A model generated the notes under the pieces. It was not told where the DNA came from, made no database searches, and worked only from the letters and a program-made list of their open reading frames with translations. From NCBI GenBank assembly GCA_013335095.1, contig JAAXWF010000002.1, positions 269,566-333,565 on the forward strand: a DNA stretch of 64,000 bases, written 5' to 3'. Position 1 is the stretch's first letter; each line of letters begins with the position of its first letter. Positions 38,440-48,030 of this stretch are shown piece by piece. The position numbers and the translations under genes are program-made. Origin of the DNA: a candidate division WWE3 bacterium (GTDB lineage: Bacteria; Patescibacteriota; 4484-211; GCA-002791395).

Positions 38440-39524
38440 AAGCGGTTGTATTCTGTGGCGGATCAGGAAAACGGTTGTGGCCACTCTCACGCGAACATTC
38501 ACCGAAGCAATTAAATCAACACATTTTTGGCGGTAAATCAACATTTCAAATGACTATGGAACGAGCGAATCAAGTTGTGCCGACCGACAACATCATGATC
38601 TCGACGAATAAACACTTTCTTGATGAAATAGTACGACAAGCACCCGAAATATCAAAGGATCGGATCGTTTGTGAACCCGAGATGCGAGATGTGGCAGCGG
38701 CAGTTGGGCTAATGGCGGCGATAACTGAACGCGAAAATCCAAATGAACCAATGCTGATATTGTGGAGTGACCATATGGTTGATGATTTGGAATTATTTAC
38801 CGAAATAATTCAACAAGCCGAGCAAAAGATCGAGCGGAATGAAGCTGGGATTGTGTTTATTGGTCATAAACCACGGTATGCTGAAGAAAATTTGGGTTAC
38901 ATTGGGTGCGGAGATTTGATTGCAACGAGCAATGATGTCCATCAGTATGAATTCAATGATTGGTACTATCGACCATCGAAAGAACGGGCCGAAGAGTTCT
39001 ATCTAGCTGGAACGTTTGCTTGGAATACAGGGTATTTTGTCACGACTCCATCCTTTATCTTAGATAAATTTCAAGAATATGCCCCCGAGATGTACGGCCA
39101 GTTGATAGAAATAAGTCATAGTTACAAAACACAAGATTGGGAGAAAACACTTAATTCAATTTATCCTCGAATTGAAAAGATATCATTTGATGATAAGATT
39201 TTAACCAAAATACGACCGAATGAAGCAATAGTACTCACCGCAGACTTCGGGTGGTTTGATCCAGGCAGTTTATACTCGCTTAAATCGTATTTTAACCCTT
39301 CAATAGATGAAAATGTCATTAAAGGACTTGGCATCACAATGCACACGACCGATTCATTAGTATTCAATGAAGCAAATGACAAACCGATTGTACTCCTTGG
39401 TTTAGAACAAAAGATTGTGATCAATATGAAGGATGTTGTATTGATCATTGATAAGGAATATATCCCTCAGTTAAAAGAACTCCTCGAAAGTCTTAAGGAA
39501 ACTGATTACGCCGAACTTTTATAG
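38436..39524 (+). CDS. manC: Mannose-1-phosphate guanylyltransferase
   Basis: GGSGKRLWPLSR..PKQ, EPEMRD.A.A, WSDH, WNTG.F, GWFDPG. Confidence 0.88.
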   Translation: MKAVVFCGGSGKRLWPLSREHSPKQLNQHIFGGKSTFQMTMERANQVVPTDNIMISTNKHFLDEIVRQAPEISKDRIVCEPEMRDVAAAVGLMAAITERENPNEPMLILWSDHMVDDLELFTEIIQQAEQKIERNEAGIVFIGHKPRYAEENLGYIGCGDLIATSNDVHQYEFNDWYYRPSKERAEEFYLAGTFAWNTGYFVTTPSFILDKFQEYAPEMYGQLIEISHSYKTQDWEKTLNSIYPRIEKISFDDKILTKIRPNEAIVLTADFGWFDPGSLYSLKSYFNPSIDENVIKGLGITMHTTDSLVFNEANDKPIVLLGLEQKIVINMKDVVLIIDKEYIPQLKELLESLKETDYAELL

Positions 39525-42174
39525 TAGGTTGAGCCGCTTTGGTTGGAACAACTGACACATACGGCGGTATGGTAATAATATCTCCTAAAATCCCACCCTG
39601 ATTTGCGAGTTCTAACTGAACCTCATATGAAATCGAGCTTTCTTCTCCTTCGCTATCAAAGGCTGTAATAGTGATCAAATGGGTACCGTTATTACGTGCC
39701 TCTGTATCAAGCTTCTCAAGATCGTAGGTTACCGAAAATGGCTGACTAGTAACCGACTCGACGGGCGCATCATCCCAGGCAAAATTAACCTTGGTAATTC
39801 GCTGCTGGGAATAGACTTTAGCCGAAACAGGGAATGATGTCGTTGTCAGCTTAGTGCCTGCAGCAGGTGAATCGATTTGAATGTACGGTTTAGTTAGCGG
39901 ATTGCCATCAATACTAATGGAGCACATCTCTGTGGGTGGTTTCCCCCAACCTTCATTCAGACGTGACGACATCCATTCATTTGTATATGTCTGCCAAGCG
40001 GAATTAATCTCTTTGAGATACGTAAATGTACGTGTTTCAGAAAGCTCGTTTACTTTATGAAAGTCGGTTGCTTTTTTGAAGGGGTCACTTTTACATACTT
40101 CAACTTGGGAATGGAAATCATCAACCTGCGTAGGTTCAGACCCCTTAGCAAAAATCTCATTTCGGGTCGGATAACCTTTTCCATCTTGAGGAATCATCCC
40201 CGAAAGCGCGTCAACCACTTTATTTGTAACGTTAGCGGGTCTATCCCAATCCTTTGAAGGAATACCTTCAAGTACGCGACGCATATACGCCTTCATGATC
40301 GGTGTGGCACCAGTGGAACCCATAATTCCATTCATTGGAGAATTATCAAAGTTGCCGACCCATACAAGAGTTACGATCTGCGGCGTATATCCGATCGTCC
40401 ATGCATCACGGTTATCATTGGTCGTTCCGGTCTTTACCGCAAGCTTACGACCGATATCTAACGAATTTCCAAACGTAGGGCGACGGGCATCTGCATCCGA
40501 AAGAACATCATTTAATAAATAGGTGTATTCAGGTTTTACAACTTCTCGAGAGGTATCCTTATATTCATTCAATACTTTACCGGTTGAATCTTCGACCTTC
40601 ATGAGTGGGGTTAAGTCATGCTTCTGCCCTAATGCAGCAAACACCGAATAGACTTGGGCTAAATCAATAGGACGAACTTCACCACCACCTAACGTAAGTG
40701 ATAAACCATAGCGATCGCGTTCGTTCAATGTCGTAATGCCCAATTGATGAGCGAAATTAATTAATTCATCAGTTGTGATAACTTGGAGCATCTTAACTGC
40801 CGGGATATTACGAGAATTAGCTAAGGCAGTACGAACTGACATCGGTCCCCAGAATTTATCATCCCAGTTTTTCGGGCAATACTCTGGCTGTCCCGCACCA
40901 CCAGGAAAACAAGTTTTAATATCAGAAACAAACGTCGATGGACTATACCCCTTACTAAAGGCGTCGAGATAGGTTAATGGCTTCATCGATGAACCCGGCT
41001 GACGTTGGGCTAACATGACGTTTACATTTCCATCGTGGGCGGTGTCATAATAATCAACACTTCCAACCATCGCAAGTATTTGTCCTGTTGTTGGATCAAC
41101 CGAAATCATACCAGCATTACTCGCATTAGCTTTAGCCTTTTGTAGTGCATCAACTTGTTTTTTAACCTCTTCTTGTGCCGTCTGTTGTTTGTTCCAATCG
41201 AGGGTTGTAGTAACACGAAGTCCGCCTTGCTCAACCATTCGATCGCCGAACATTTCAGTCAGAAGGCTTTTTACATACATAACAAAATGTGGAGCTTTAA
41301 TATCATCAGCACTATTTCCCTGGCATACCACCTGTACCTCCGTTGCGTAAATTTCATCAGCCTGTTCTTGAGTTAAATATTGATTTTCAACCATTAAACG
41401 GAGTACTGTTTTCTGTCTACCCTTAGCGTTTTCTGGATAGGCGCCACAGGGTGAGTAATATGTAGGGGATTGAGGTAAACCAGCAATGTACGTGGCCTCG
41501 GCTGAGGTTAAATCGCGAACATGTTTACCAAAAAACATCTCTGCCGCCGCTCCAGCTCCCCATGCCTGGCCACCATAAGGAACTTCATTAAAGTACATTT
41601 GTAAGATTTGATCTTTAGTATATTTACGCTCTAATTCAATAGAGAGAATCAATTCCTTGATTTTACGGGTCATTGTACGTTCAGGAGTAAGAAGAGTGTT
41701 TTTAACCACCTGCTGGGTTATGGTCGATCCACTCTGTAGGTTTTCCCCACGGGCGACGCGAAATGCTGCTCGGGCAATCCCCAAAACATCAAAACCACGG
41801 TGGTTATAAAAATCTTTATCTTCAACCGCAATAGCAGCGTCTCTTAACGTTTGAGGGATGTCTTTTAACTCAACTAGTGTACGTCGTTCATCACCAAAAA
41901 TTTCATATAACAAAACACCATCTCGAGAGAAAATCTTGGTTGATTGCGGTACGTTTCGAGTACTTAGACGATCTGGGGAAGGGAGGTCCTTAGAGAAGTA
42001 GGCAATCACTCCAAACACCGTAATTAAACCAGCAATTATGAGGATTAATGTAATACCAGCTATTAGGGAAAGAATACGTAAGCGTTTCTGTTTAGCAGAA
42101 TACGTTGATCGAACGGATTTCGGATTAAGCCATTTTCTTAGACGTCGTTTTTGGCTCTTAAAATTATTAGACAT
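39493..42174 (-). CDS. Class A penicillin-binding protein (PBP1A family) with C-terminal Ig-like domain
   Basis: GT51 motifs EDKDFY.H.G, GSTITQQ, RKIKE; transpeptidase SSMK, SRN, KTG. Confidence 0.95.
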   Translation of the reverse strand: MSNNFKSQKRRLRKWLNPKSVRSTYSAKQKRLRILSLIAGITLILIIAGLITVFGVIAYFSKDLPSPDRLSTRNVPQSTKIFSRDGVLLYEIFGDERRTLVELKDIPQTLRDAAIAVEDKDFYNHRGFDVLGIARAAFRVARGENLQSGSTITQQVVKNTLLTPERTMTRKIKELILSIELERKYTKDQILQMYFNEVPYGGQAWGAGAAAEMFFGKHVRDLTSAEATYIAGLPQSPTYYSPCGAYPENAKGRQKTVLRLMVENQYLTQEQADEIYATEVQVVCQGNSADDIKAPHFVMYVKSLLTEMFGDRMVEQGGLRVTTTLDWNKQQTAQEEVKKQVDALQKAKANASNAGMISVDPTTGQILAMVGSVDYYDTAHDGNVNVMLAQRQPGSSMKPLTYLDAFSKGYSPSTFVSDIKTCFPGGAGQPEYCPKNWDDKFWGPMSVRTALANSRNIPAVKMLQVITTDELINFAHQLGITTLNERDRYGLSLTLGGGEVRPIDLAQVYSVFAALGQKHDLTPLMKVEDSTGKVLNEYKDTSREVVKPEYTYLLNDVLSDADARRPTFGNSLDIGRKLAVKTGTTNDNRDAWTIGYTPQIVTLVWVGNFDNSPMNGIMGSTGATPIMKAYMRRVLEGIPSKDWDRPANVTNKVVDALSGMIPQDGKGYPTRNEIFAKGSEPTQVDDFHSQVEVCKSDPFKKATDFHKVNELSETRTFTYLKEINSAWQTYTNEWMSSRLNEGWGKPPTEMCSISIDGNPLTKPYIQIDSPAAGTKLTTTSFPVSAKVYSQQRITKVNFAWDDAPVESVTSQPFSVTYDLEKLDTEARNNGTHLITITAFDSEGEESSISYEVQLELANQGGILGDIITIPPYVSVVPTKAAQPTIKVRRNQFP

Positions 42175-42266
42175 ACGTAATTATTTTAGCATGCCGACCT
42201 AAAATATGTTATGATAAAGCCGCATAACCGTTCCAAAAGACATGAGGGAATCGGTAGATACTATTT

Positions 42267-42374
42267 ATGAAGTTTTTACGCAAACATAAACGAATCTGGT
42301 TCATCATCTCACTGATAGTCGCTTTTAGTATGGTGTTGATACCAATCTTAAGTATAATACCGTCGATATTATGA
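42267..42374 (+). CDS. 35-aa single-TM miniprotein (absent from ORF track)
   Basis: MKFLRKHKRIWFIISLIVAFSMVLIPILSIIPSIL*; stop overlaps the rsmD start (ATGA); TGTTATGAT promoter upstream. Confidence 0.55.
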   Translation: MKFLRKHKRIWFIISLIVAFSMVLIPILSIIPSIL

Positions 42375-42937
42375 AAATTACTGGGGGAACGCTTCGCGGA
42401 AGAGAGATTATCGTCAATTCTAGGGCAGATTTAAGGCCATCTCAAAGCCGAGTAAGAGAAGCTATTTTTAACATCATTCCCGAGCTAAACGACAAATTAA
42501 TTATGGATCTATTCGCAGGTACGGGTATTTTAGGCATTGAGGCACTTAGTCGTGGAGCGCATTATGTAGATTTTGTCGAAAAGAATCCCCAAGGCTCCAA
42601 AGACCTTCATACCGTACTAAGTAAACTACAGATCGATAGTAAAGCCGATGTATATTGTGATCGTGTAGAAACGGTTTTAACTAGATATAAAGCACAAAAA
42701 TACGACGTAGTATTCCTAGACCCTCCCTATCGCCAATCAATTGAGTCAATCTTGCCACTTTTGGAGCATGTTCTTGTAGATGATGGATTAATCGTATATC
42801 TGCATAGCGCGCACCCAAGTAGCGCCATTTCGCCCGAGACGTATCAATCCAACAATCTATTCCTATCGGATCAAAGAAAATATGGTGATACGGTGGTCGA
42901 TTTCATTACCCACAACATAAATACATCGATAAAGTAG
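42371..42937 (+). CDS. rsmD: 16S rRNA m2G966 methyltransferase
   Basis: RP....VREAIFN, DLFAGTG.LGIEALSRGA, FLDPPY, RKYG. Confidence 0.93.
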   Translation: MKITGGTLRGREIIVNSRADLRPSQSRVREAIFNIIPELNDKLIMDLFAGTGILGIEALSRGAHYVDFVEKNPQGSKDLHTVLSKLQIDSKADVYCDRVETVLTRYKAQKYDVVFLDPPYRQSIESILPLLEHVLVDDGLIVYLHSAHPSSAISPETYQSNNLFLSDQRKYGDTVVDFITHNINTSIK

Positions 42938-42969
42938 CTTTTTAGACAATTTCGGGTATAATAGGCGAC

Positions 42970-43191
42970 ATGGGAGCAGTACCAAAGAAACAACCATCAG
43001 ATGCCCGAAAAAATCGACGATACAGCAGTCATGTGCGCAAACAAATCAAAGCACAGCTGACGAATCTCGTAGTTTGCAGTAATTGTGGTTCCAGAACATT
43101 ACCACACCGAGTATGTACTGTATGCGGCCAATATAAAGGCGCTACTATAGTTGCTCCTAAAACCAGAGTGAAACGAGTATCATCTAACTAA
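42970..43191 (+). CDS. rpmF: 50S ribosomal protein L32
   Basis: MGAVPKK, CSNCG...PHRVC..CG.YKG. Confidence 0.95.
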   Translation: MGAVPKKQPSDARKNRRYSSHVRKQIKAQLTNLVVCSNCGSRTLPHRVCTVCGQYKGATIVAPKTRVKRVSSN

Positions 43192-43192
43192 G

Positions 43193-43687
43193 TTGAAAAA
43201 GAAAAACGACCCTCGACACCAAGCCCGACGTTTAGCTGTACAAATCCTCTTTGAGTGGTTATTTCAAGATAGCGTTCAAATCAAAGACATCACCGAAGCA
43301 ATTGTTGCATTAGAAGGTGATGAAGATCTTGATCGACCCCATAATAATCAATACGATAAAAAACTACTGGATGCGATTGTTACAGGAGTAGGCCACAAGA
43401 CAAAAGAGATCGATAAAATTATCGAGGAATCGGCTCCAGAATGGCCCTTAGACCAGATAGCACGGATAGACTTAACCACCCTAAGAATAGCTATATTTGA
43501 ACTCCTTTATTGGGAAAAAACCCCTACCAAGGTTGCTATAGATGAGGCGGTTGAATTAGCTAAAGAATACGGTGGGGAAAGCAGTCCGAAATTTGTTAAC
43601 GGGGTCCTTGGAACGGTGGTTAAACGGCATATACCCGCTGCCGTAACCCCAGAACCCCAACATACTGAAGTACAATCCGCACAATAG
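43193..43687 (+). CDS. nusB: Transcription antitermination factor NusB
   Basis: [33 protein letters not shown]...S.KFVNGVL. Confidence 0.95.
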   Translation: MKKKNDPRHQARRLAVQILFEWLFQDSVQIKDITEAIVALEGDEDLDRPHNNQYDKKLLDAIVTGVGHKTKEIDKIIEESAPEWPLDQIARIDLTTLRIAIFELLYWEKTPTKVAIDEAVELAKEYGGESSPKFVNGVLGTVVKRHIPAAVTPEPQHTEVQSAQ

Positions 43688-43711
43688 TAGCAATCGAGTA
43701 TAATCAACTTT

Positions 43712-44428
43712 ATGCAGTTAAACGATTTTCACGAATTACTTGCAAACATACAAACAACAATTGACTTTAAGTTCGACAATGAAACTTTTTTGTTAAATGC
43801 ATTTGTTCATCGATCATATCTTAATGAACATCGATCTTTTGGATTACCTTCAAACGAACGCATGGAATTTCTTGGAGATGCATGTTTGGAACTTATCATT
43901 AGTGAATATCTCTATAATGAATATCCTTCCGAACCAGAAGGAAAACTGACCAATTTCCGCAGTTCAATTGTAAACACCCATTCTTTAGCCGACTGTGCGA
44001 GGGAATTAAAGCTCGGTACGTTTCTACTGCTTAGCCGTGGAGAAGAGGCGGGCTCGGGGCGAAATTCAGAATATATCTTAGCTAATACGTTCGAAGCGTT
44101 ATTGGGTGCGATATACCTTGATCAAGGCTACCAAGCGACAGCAACATTTGTATACAAGCACTTAATTCATAAGTTAACCGATATCATTGAGAATGAACGA
44201 TATCGAGACCCTAAATCCAAGCTGCAAGAACTCACACAAGCCAAATTATCTGAAACCCCGCGCTATTCCGTTATCGAGGAGTGGGGACCCGACCATGAGA
44301 AAAATTTTAGAGTTGGTGTTGTAGTTGGCAAAAGTCAGGTCGCCGAAGGAATTGGTTCAAGCAAACAGAAAGCAGAACTTCAGGCCGCCCAAAATGCCTT
44401 AGAACAGTGGATTCCAACACTTAAATAA
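43712..44428 (+). CDS. rnc: Ribonuclease III
   Basis: HRSY, NERMEFLGDA, FEALLGAIYLD, dsRBD DPKS.LQE...GPDH. Confidence 0.97.
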   Translation: MQLNDFHELLANIQTTIDFKFDNETFLLNAFVHRSYLNEHRSFGLPSNERMEFLGDACLELIISEYLYNEYPSEPEGKLTNFRSSIVNTHSLADCARELKLGTFLLLSRGEEAGSGRNSEYILANTFEALLGAIYLDQGYQATATFVYKHLIHKLTDIIENERYRDPKSKLQELTQAKLSETPRYSVIEEWGPDHEKNFRVGVVVGKSQVAEGIGSSKQKAELQAAQNALEQWIPTLK

Positions 44429-44508
44429 TGCATTATGAAGGCTCAAGAGAGTGTGCAAAGTATGGAATTCGTTGCAATCAGCGACGAATTTCGGTATAAT
44501 CAGCCGCA

Positions 44509-44739
44509 GTGGTAAAAATTAGACTTCATCGAACCGGCCGTAAAAATCAACCAGCTTATCGCGTTGTTGTTATAGATAACCGCACGAAACGTGATGGCAG
44601 ACATATCGAAATCCTTGGTTCTTATAATCCATTAGGAAAACAGGAAGTTGTTATTGATAAAGATAGATACGCATATTGGATTGGGCGAGGCGCACAGCCA
44701 ACTGAAAGAGTAGCGAAGTTAGTTGTGAAGGCAGCATAA
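44509..44739 (+). CDS. rpsP: 30S ribosomal protein S16
   Basis: MVKIRL.R.G.K..P.YR.VV...R..RDG..IE.LG.YNP, GAQPT. Confidence 0.97.
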   Translation: MVKIRLHRTGRKNQPAYRVVVIDNRTKRDGRHIEILGSYNPLGKQEVVIDKDRYAYWIGRGAQPTERVAKLVVKAA

Positions 44740-44744
44740 ATATT

Positions 44745-45023
44745 ATGAAAGAATTATTACAGTATTTGGTCATTAAAATCTTACCGCATGGAAATGATGC
44801 AAAAATTGAAGAATCTATTGAAGATAACGGAACAGTACGTTTCACCCTTATAACACATCCTGAAGATATCGGACTGGCAATTGGTAAAGAGGGTAGGACC
44901 GCTAAAGCGTTACGCGAAATGCTCAAAATTCAAGCGATACAACAAAACAAACGTGTGTATTTAGACATCAAGTCATCTGAAGAGGTTGAAACCCTACCTA
45001 CTGCTGAAGATTTATTAGGATAA
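44745..45023 (+). CDS. khpA: KH-domain RNA-binding protein
   Basis: DIG.AIGKEGRTAKALR; follows rpsP. Confidence 0.88.
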   Translation: MKELLQYLVIKILPHGNDAKIEESIEDNGTVRFTLITHPEDIGLAIGKEGRTAKALREMLKIQAIQQNKRVYLDIKSSEEVETLPTAEDLLG

Positions 45024-45053
45024 TTCTTTTGTTTTTTTTAAAATTGATAAATT

Positions 45054-45941
45054 TTAGAATGGATTACTCTTACCTGCAGGATATTGATTTGTCTCAGTTA
45101 CTTTTTCTGGATCAAAGAAAGTCGTAAGACCTTGAAGTCCTTCGATTAATCGCAGCTCATCACGACTCAGGCTGGTCGCTGGAGTATTAATAGCCCCCAA
45201 GTCTTGTGGAATATCTTGAAATGGTCCACTACCTTCAAATGAGAATGATTTATCTACCGTGTCAGGACTCCCACCTTCGGTTTGATTAAGCGTTAAACGA
45301 AAATTCATCGCAAGGATCAATGGGTTTATCTTATGAACAGTTTTTAAGAATTCAACCACTTGGCCGTAATCTCCCTGCGCGCCAAGACTGACATCAACAT
45401 AGCCTCCCGCTAAAGACTTTAATGGGTCACTCGAGTCAGCTTGTGCTTGCTGCGACTGCAGGTCATCACTTGTAGATACCACAACACCGCCCCGCTGGAG
45501 TTCTTCTTTTTGTCTTATCCCACCATATTGCACGGATTCAACCGCCATACCCGCTGAATTTAATGCCTGTTCGATACTTGCTAAAACAAGTGGGGGAGAG
45601 GACTGCGACGGTACTGCGAAATTTAAACGGACCAAGTAAGCACGTAAATCTTCAGGAACTTGAGTATTTAACACATCAATCTTTGTCATTAAGTCACTAA
45701 TTTCGGTACGACCATCCTTTAATGCGGTCATCTTTTCAGCGATATCTTCGTACCATGGTTTTATAACGAAAACTCCAAGCAGTGCTAATAAACCCATTGC
45801 AGAAAGAGGCATGATCCATGCACGAATAGCTGTACGCACTTCTAGTGCCGAAACTTTTGGTGCATTTTTATCTGCATTTTGTGCCTCACTCGCAATCAAT
45901 GGTGCGGTGGCGTTGTTTAGGTTAAATGGTTGGTCTGCCAT
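45054..45941 (-). CDS. PilO-like type IV pilus assembly protein
   Basis: One TM, coiled coil, G.Y.Q...FL motif; downstream of pilM/pilN. Confidence 0.7.
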   Translation of the reverse strand: MADQPFNLNNATAPLIASEAQNADKNAPKVSALEVRTAIRAWIMPLSAMGLLALLGVFVIKPWYEDIAEKMTALKDGRTEISDLMTKIDVLNTQVPEDLRAYLVRLNFAVPSQSSPPLVLASIEQALNSAGMAVESVQYGGIRQKEELQRGGVVVSTSDDLQSQQAQADSSDPLKSLAGGYVDVSLGAQGDYGQVVEFLKTVHKINPLILAMNFRLTLNQTEGGSPDTVDKSFSFEGSGPFQDIPQDLGAINTPATSLSRDELRLIEGLQGLTTFFDPEKVTETNQYPAGKSNPF

Positions 45942-45949
45942 ATTTGGTC

Positions 45950-46513
45950 TTAATTTACTGTTGAATCCGTCTGGGTTGGTTCCTGATAGACAAATTCCAT
46001 ACTAAATCCATATTTAAAATCTTCCTTGTCAAAATTGATTTTAGTCAACTGTACTTTTTGATACTTATCACTAGCCTCATCGACATTTTTTGCATATGTT
46101 GCAAGATCCGGCAGTGTTTCTGCTTTTCCACTTACGGTGAAATTATCTTGATTTTTAAGCTCTACAGATAAAATTTTCACCTTATCACCCGCGCGATTAC
46201 TCAAATCCTCAAGAATCTCGCCATACGGATAGTTTTTGGCAAAAATCTCGCGAATTTTATCGATCTTCAAGTGTATCGATTGCAACGTTCCTTCAACCGT
46301 CTTTTGATCACTAACCCGTGCACGTAAATCGGTAAGTTGATCATTTACATCAGAATATTGACGATTTAAATATACCCGAAAACCAAACATACCAACAATC
46401 ACGACAATGACCACGACGAGAACAGAGGTTGAAAATGACCCAACCAGCATTTGCTGTTTCTCTCGCTTCTGCTGATGTAAAACGTCCTTTGGCAGTAAAT
46501 TAATTGCAGGCAT
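45950..46513 (-). CDS. pilN: PilN-like type IV pilus assembly protein
   Basis: MPAINLLP motif, TM, coiled coil; ATG 46513. Confidence 0.8.
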   Translation of the reverse strand: MPAINLLPKDVLHQQKREKQQMLVGSFSTSVLVVVIVVIVGMFGFRVYLNRQYSDVNDQLTDLRARVSDQKTVEGTLQSIHLKIDKIREIFAKNYPYGEILEDLSNRAGDKVKILSVELKNQDNFTVSGKAETLPDLATYAKNVDEASDKYQKVQLTKINFDKEDFKYGFSMEFVYQEPTQTDSTVN

Positions 46514-46514
46514 A

Positions 46515-47585
46515 TTATTTCTTTTCGATAGTACGCATAGCCAATCCGGCCGCAACCGCAAATGCAACCTGATTCTCTAATTGTGATGTTTTACCCGCAT
46601 ATTGTTCTGGCACAACAACAGATTCCCATGGATTGCCGATCTGAACTTCTAAACCTAGAGTCGTAGCAAGGAAAACAACGAGTCCAGGTAACTGTGATGT
46701 ACCACCCGTTAACACAACACGCTTGACTGTATTGTTCGGATTATGGCTTTGGAAATACATAATGGCTCGTTCGACCTCGCTGATAATGACATCAAACACG
46801 GGTTTAATAACTTGCATAATTTTACCTTCAAGTTGATCTTCTAATAATCCGTAGGCTTTTTTATATTCCTCAGCTTGATTCATATCAAAGCCTAATTCCT
46901 GAGAGATAGCCCGAGCCAATGCAGTACCGCCGGTACCGATGCTTCGAGTAAATTGAATAATTCCTTGGCTTACAACAGCTAAATCAGTCGTACTGGCACC
47001 AATTGACATAAGTAGGGTAGTCGGCGCGGTTGCCTCGGCACTAGTTAACGACCGGGCGATCGCTACGATCTCGGTCTCGAATGCAACCGGAATAAGTCCA
47101 GCGTCTTTCACTATTCGCAGATATCGTTCAACTAATGAGTTTGGAGCCGCAACTAACAACACTTTAATTTTTGGTTTTTTGGGATCTTTTGATTTTAAAC
47201 TTTGTTCTAAAAGTTCTTTATCCAATACCATCCAACTCAATCGAATTTCAGAAAGAGGCATTGGTATGTATTGTTCGGCTTGCCATTCGATCGCATGAGC
47301 AAGCTCCTCTTCGCTAACCGCAGGGACTTCAATAACACGGGTAAATACTAAACTCTCGGGGAAAGCCGTCACCATTCGTTTCGATTCGATACGACTCTCT
47401 GCAACTATTTCTTTAATATTTTTGCTTAATTCGCGTTGGTCTACATCTGACTCAGAAAATATAGCCCCAGATGGGGTTGGATGATATCCAAATGTCTTTA
47501 AGTAGAATCGGCCATCTTTACGAGCTAATTCAACTACTTTTAGTGAGTTGGATCCAATGTCCAGTCCAAAAAAATCTTCTTGCAT
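46515..47585 (-). CDS. pilM: Type IV pilus assembly protein PilM
   Basis: GLDIGS..LK, EQYIPMP, VLLVAAP, IGASTT, LTGG...LPGL, AVAAGLA. Confidence 0.93.
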   Translation of the reverse strand: MQEDFFGLDIGSNSLKVVELARKDGRFYLKTFGYHPTPSGAIFSESDVDQRELSKNIKEIVAESRIESKRMVTAFPESLVFTRVIEVPAVSEEELAHAIEWQAEQYIPMPLSEIRLSWMVLDKELLEQSLKSKDPKKPKIKVLLVAAPNSLVERYLRIVKDAGLIPVAFETEIVAIARSLTSAEATAPTTLLMSIGASTTDLAVVSQGIIQFTRSIGTGGTALARAISQELGFDMNQAEEYKKAYGLLEDQLEGKIMQVIKPVFDVIISEVERAIMYFQSHNPNNTVKRVVLTGGTSQLPGLVVFLATTLGLEVQIGNPWESVVVPEQYAGKTSQLENQVAFAVAAGLAMRTIEKK

Positions 47586-47672
47586 AGGCAGTTTAAAACC
47601 ATGAGATAAATACTGTAAACATATTTATACTTTACAGATACCTCTTTTTTAGTCTATGCTACAATAAAATCA

Positions 47673-48026
47673 ATGTCAAGAGAAGCTGGATTAACCACTA
47701 ATTATGATCGAAGTAAATTAATTATTTTAGCTGGTACTTTTGGGACAACATTAATATTACTTGGTATTTTTACCTATCTTTTCACCTCGACAAATTATCG
47801 TACAGAAACGGAGAATGAACGGAAACATGAAAATGCCACACAGACTGATCCAATTGAAGAAATTACAATAGTGCCAACTGCCGAGGTTCTCAATTTGCCG
47901 ACACCACTACCAAATCCGACACTTACTAAGGAACAACAACAAGAATTAATATCAGGCATTAAACAGCTAAATGTTCCTCCCGAGGGTTTAAAAGAGATTG
48001 AAGATTATTTCAATTCACAAAAATAA
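47673..48026 (+). CDS. Hypothetical single-TM protein
   Basis: 117 aa on the opposite strand within the pil cluster; TGCTACAAT 7 nt before ATG. Confidence 0.7.
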   Translation: MSREAGLTTNYDRSKLIILAGTFGTTLILLGIFTYLFTSTNYRTETENERKHENATQTDPIEEITIVPTAEVLNLPTPLPNPTLTKEQQQELISGIKQLNVPPEGLKEIEDYFNSQK

Positions 48027-48030
48027 AAAA

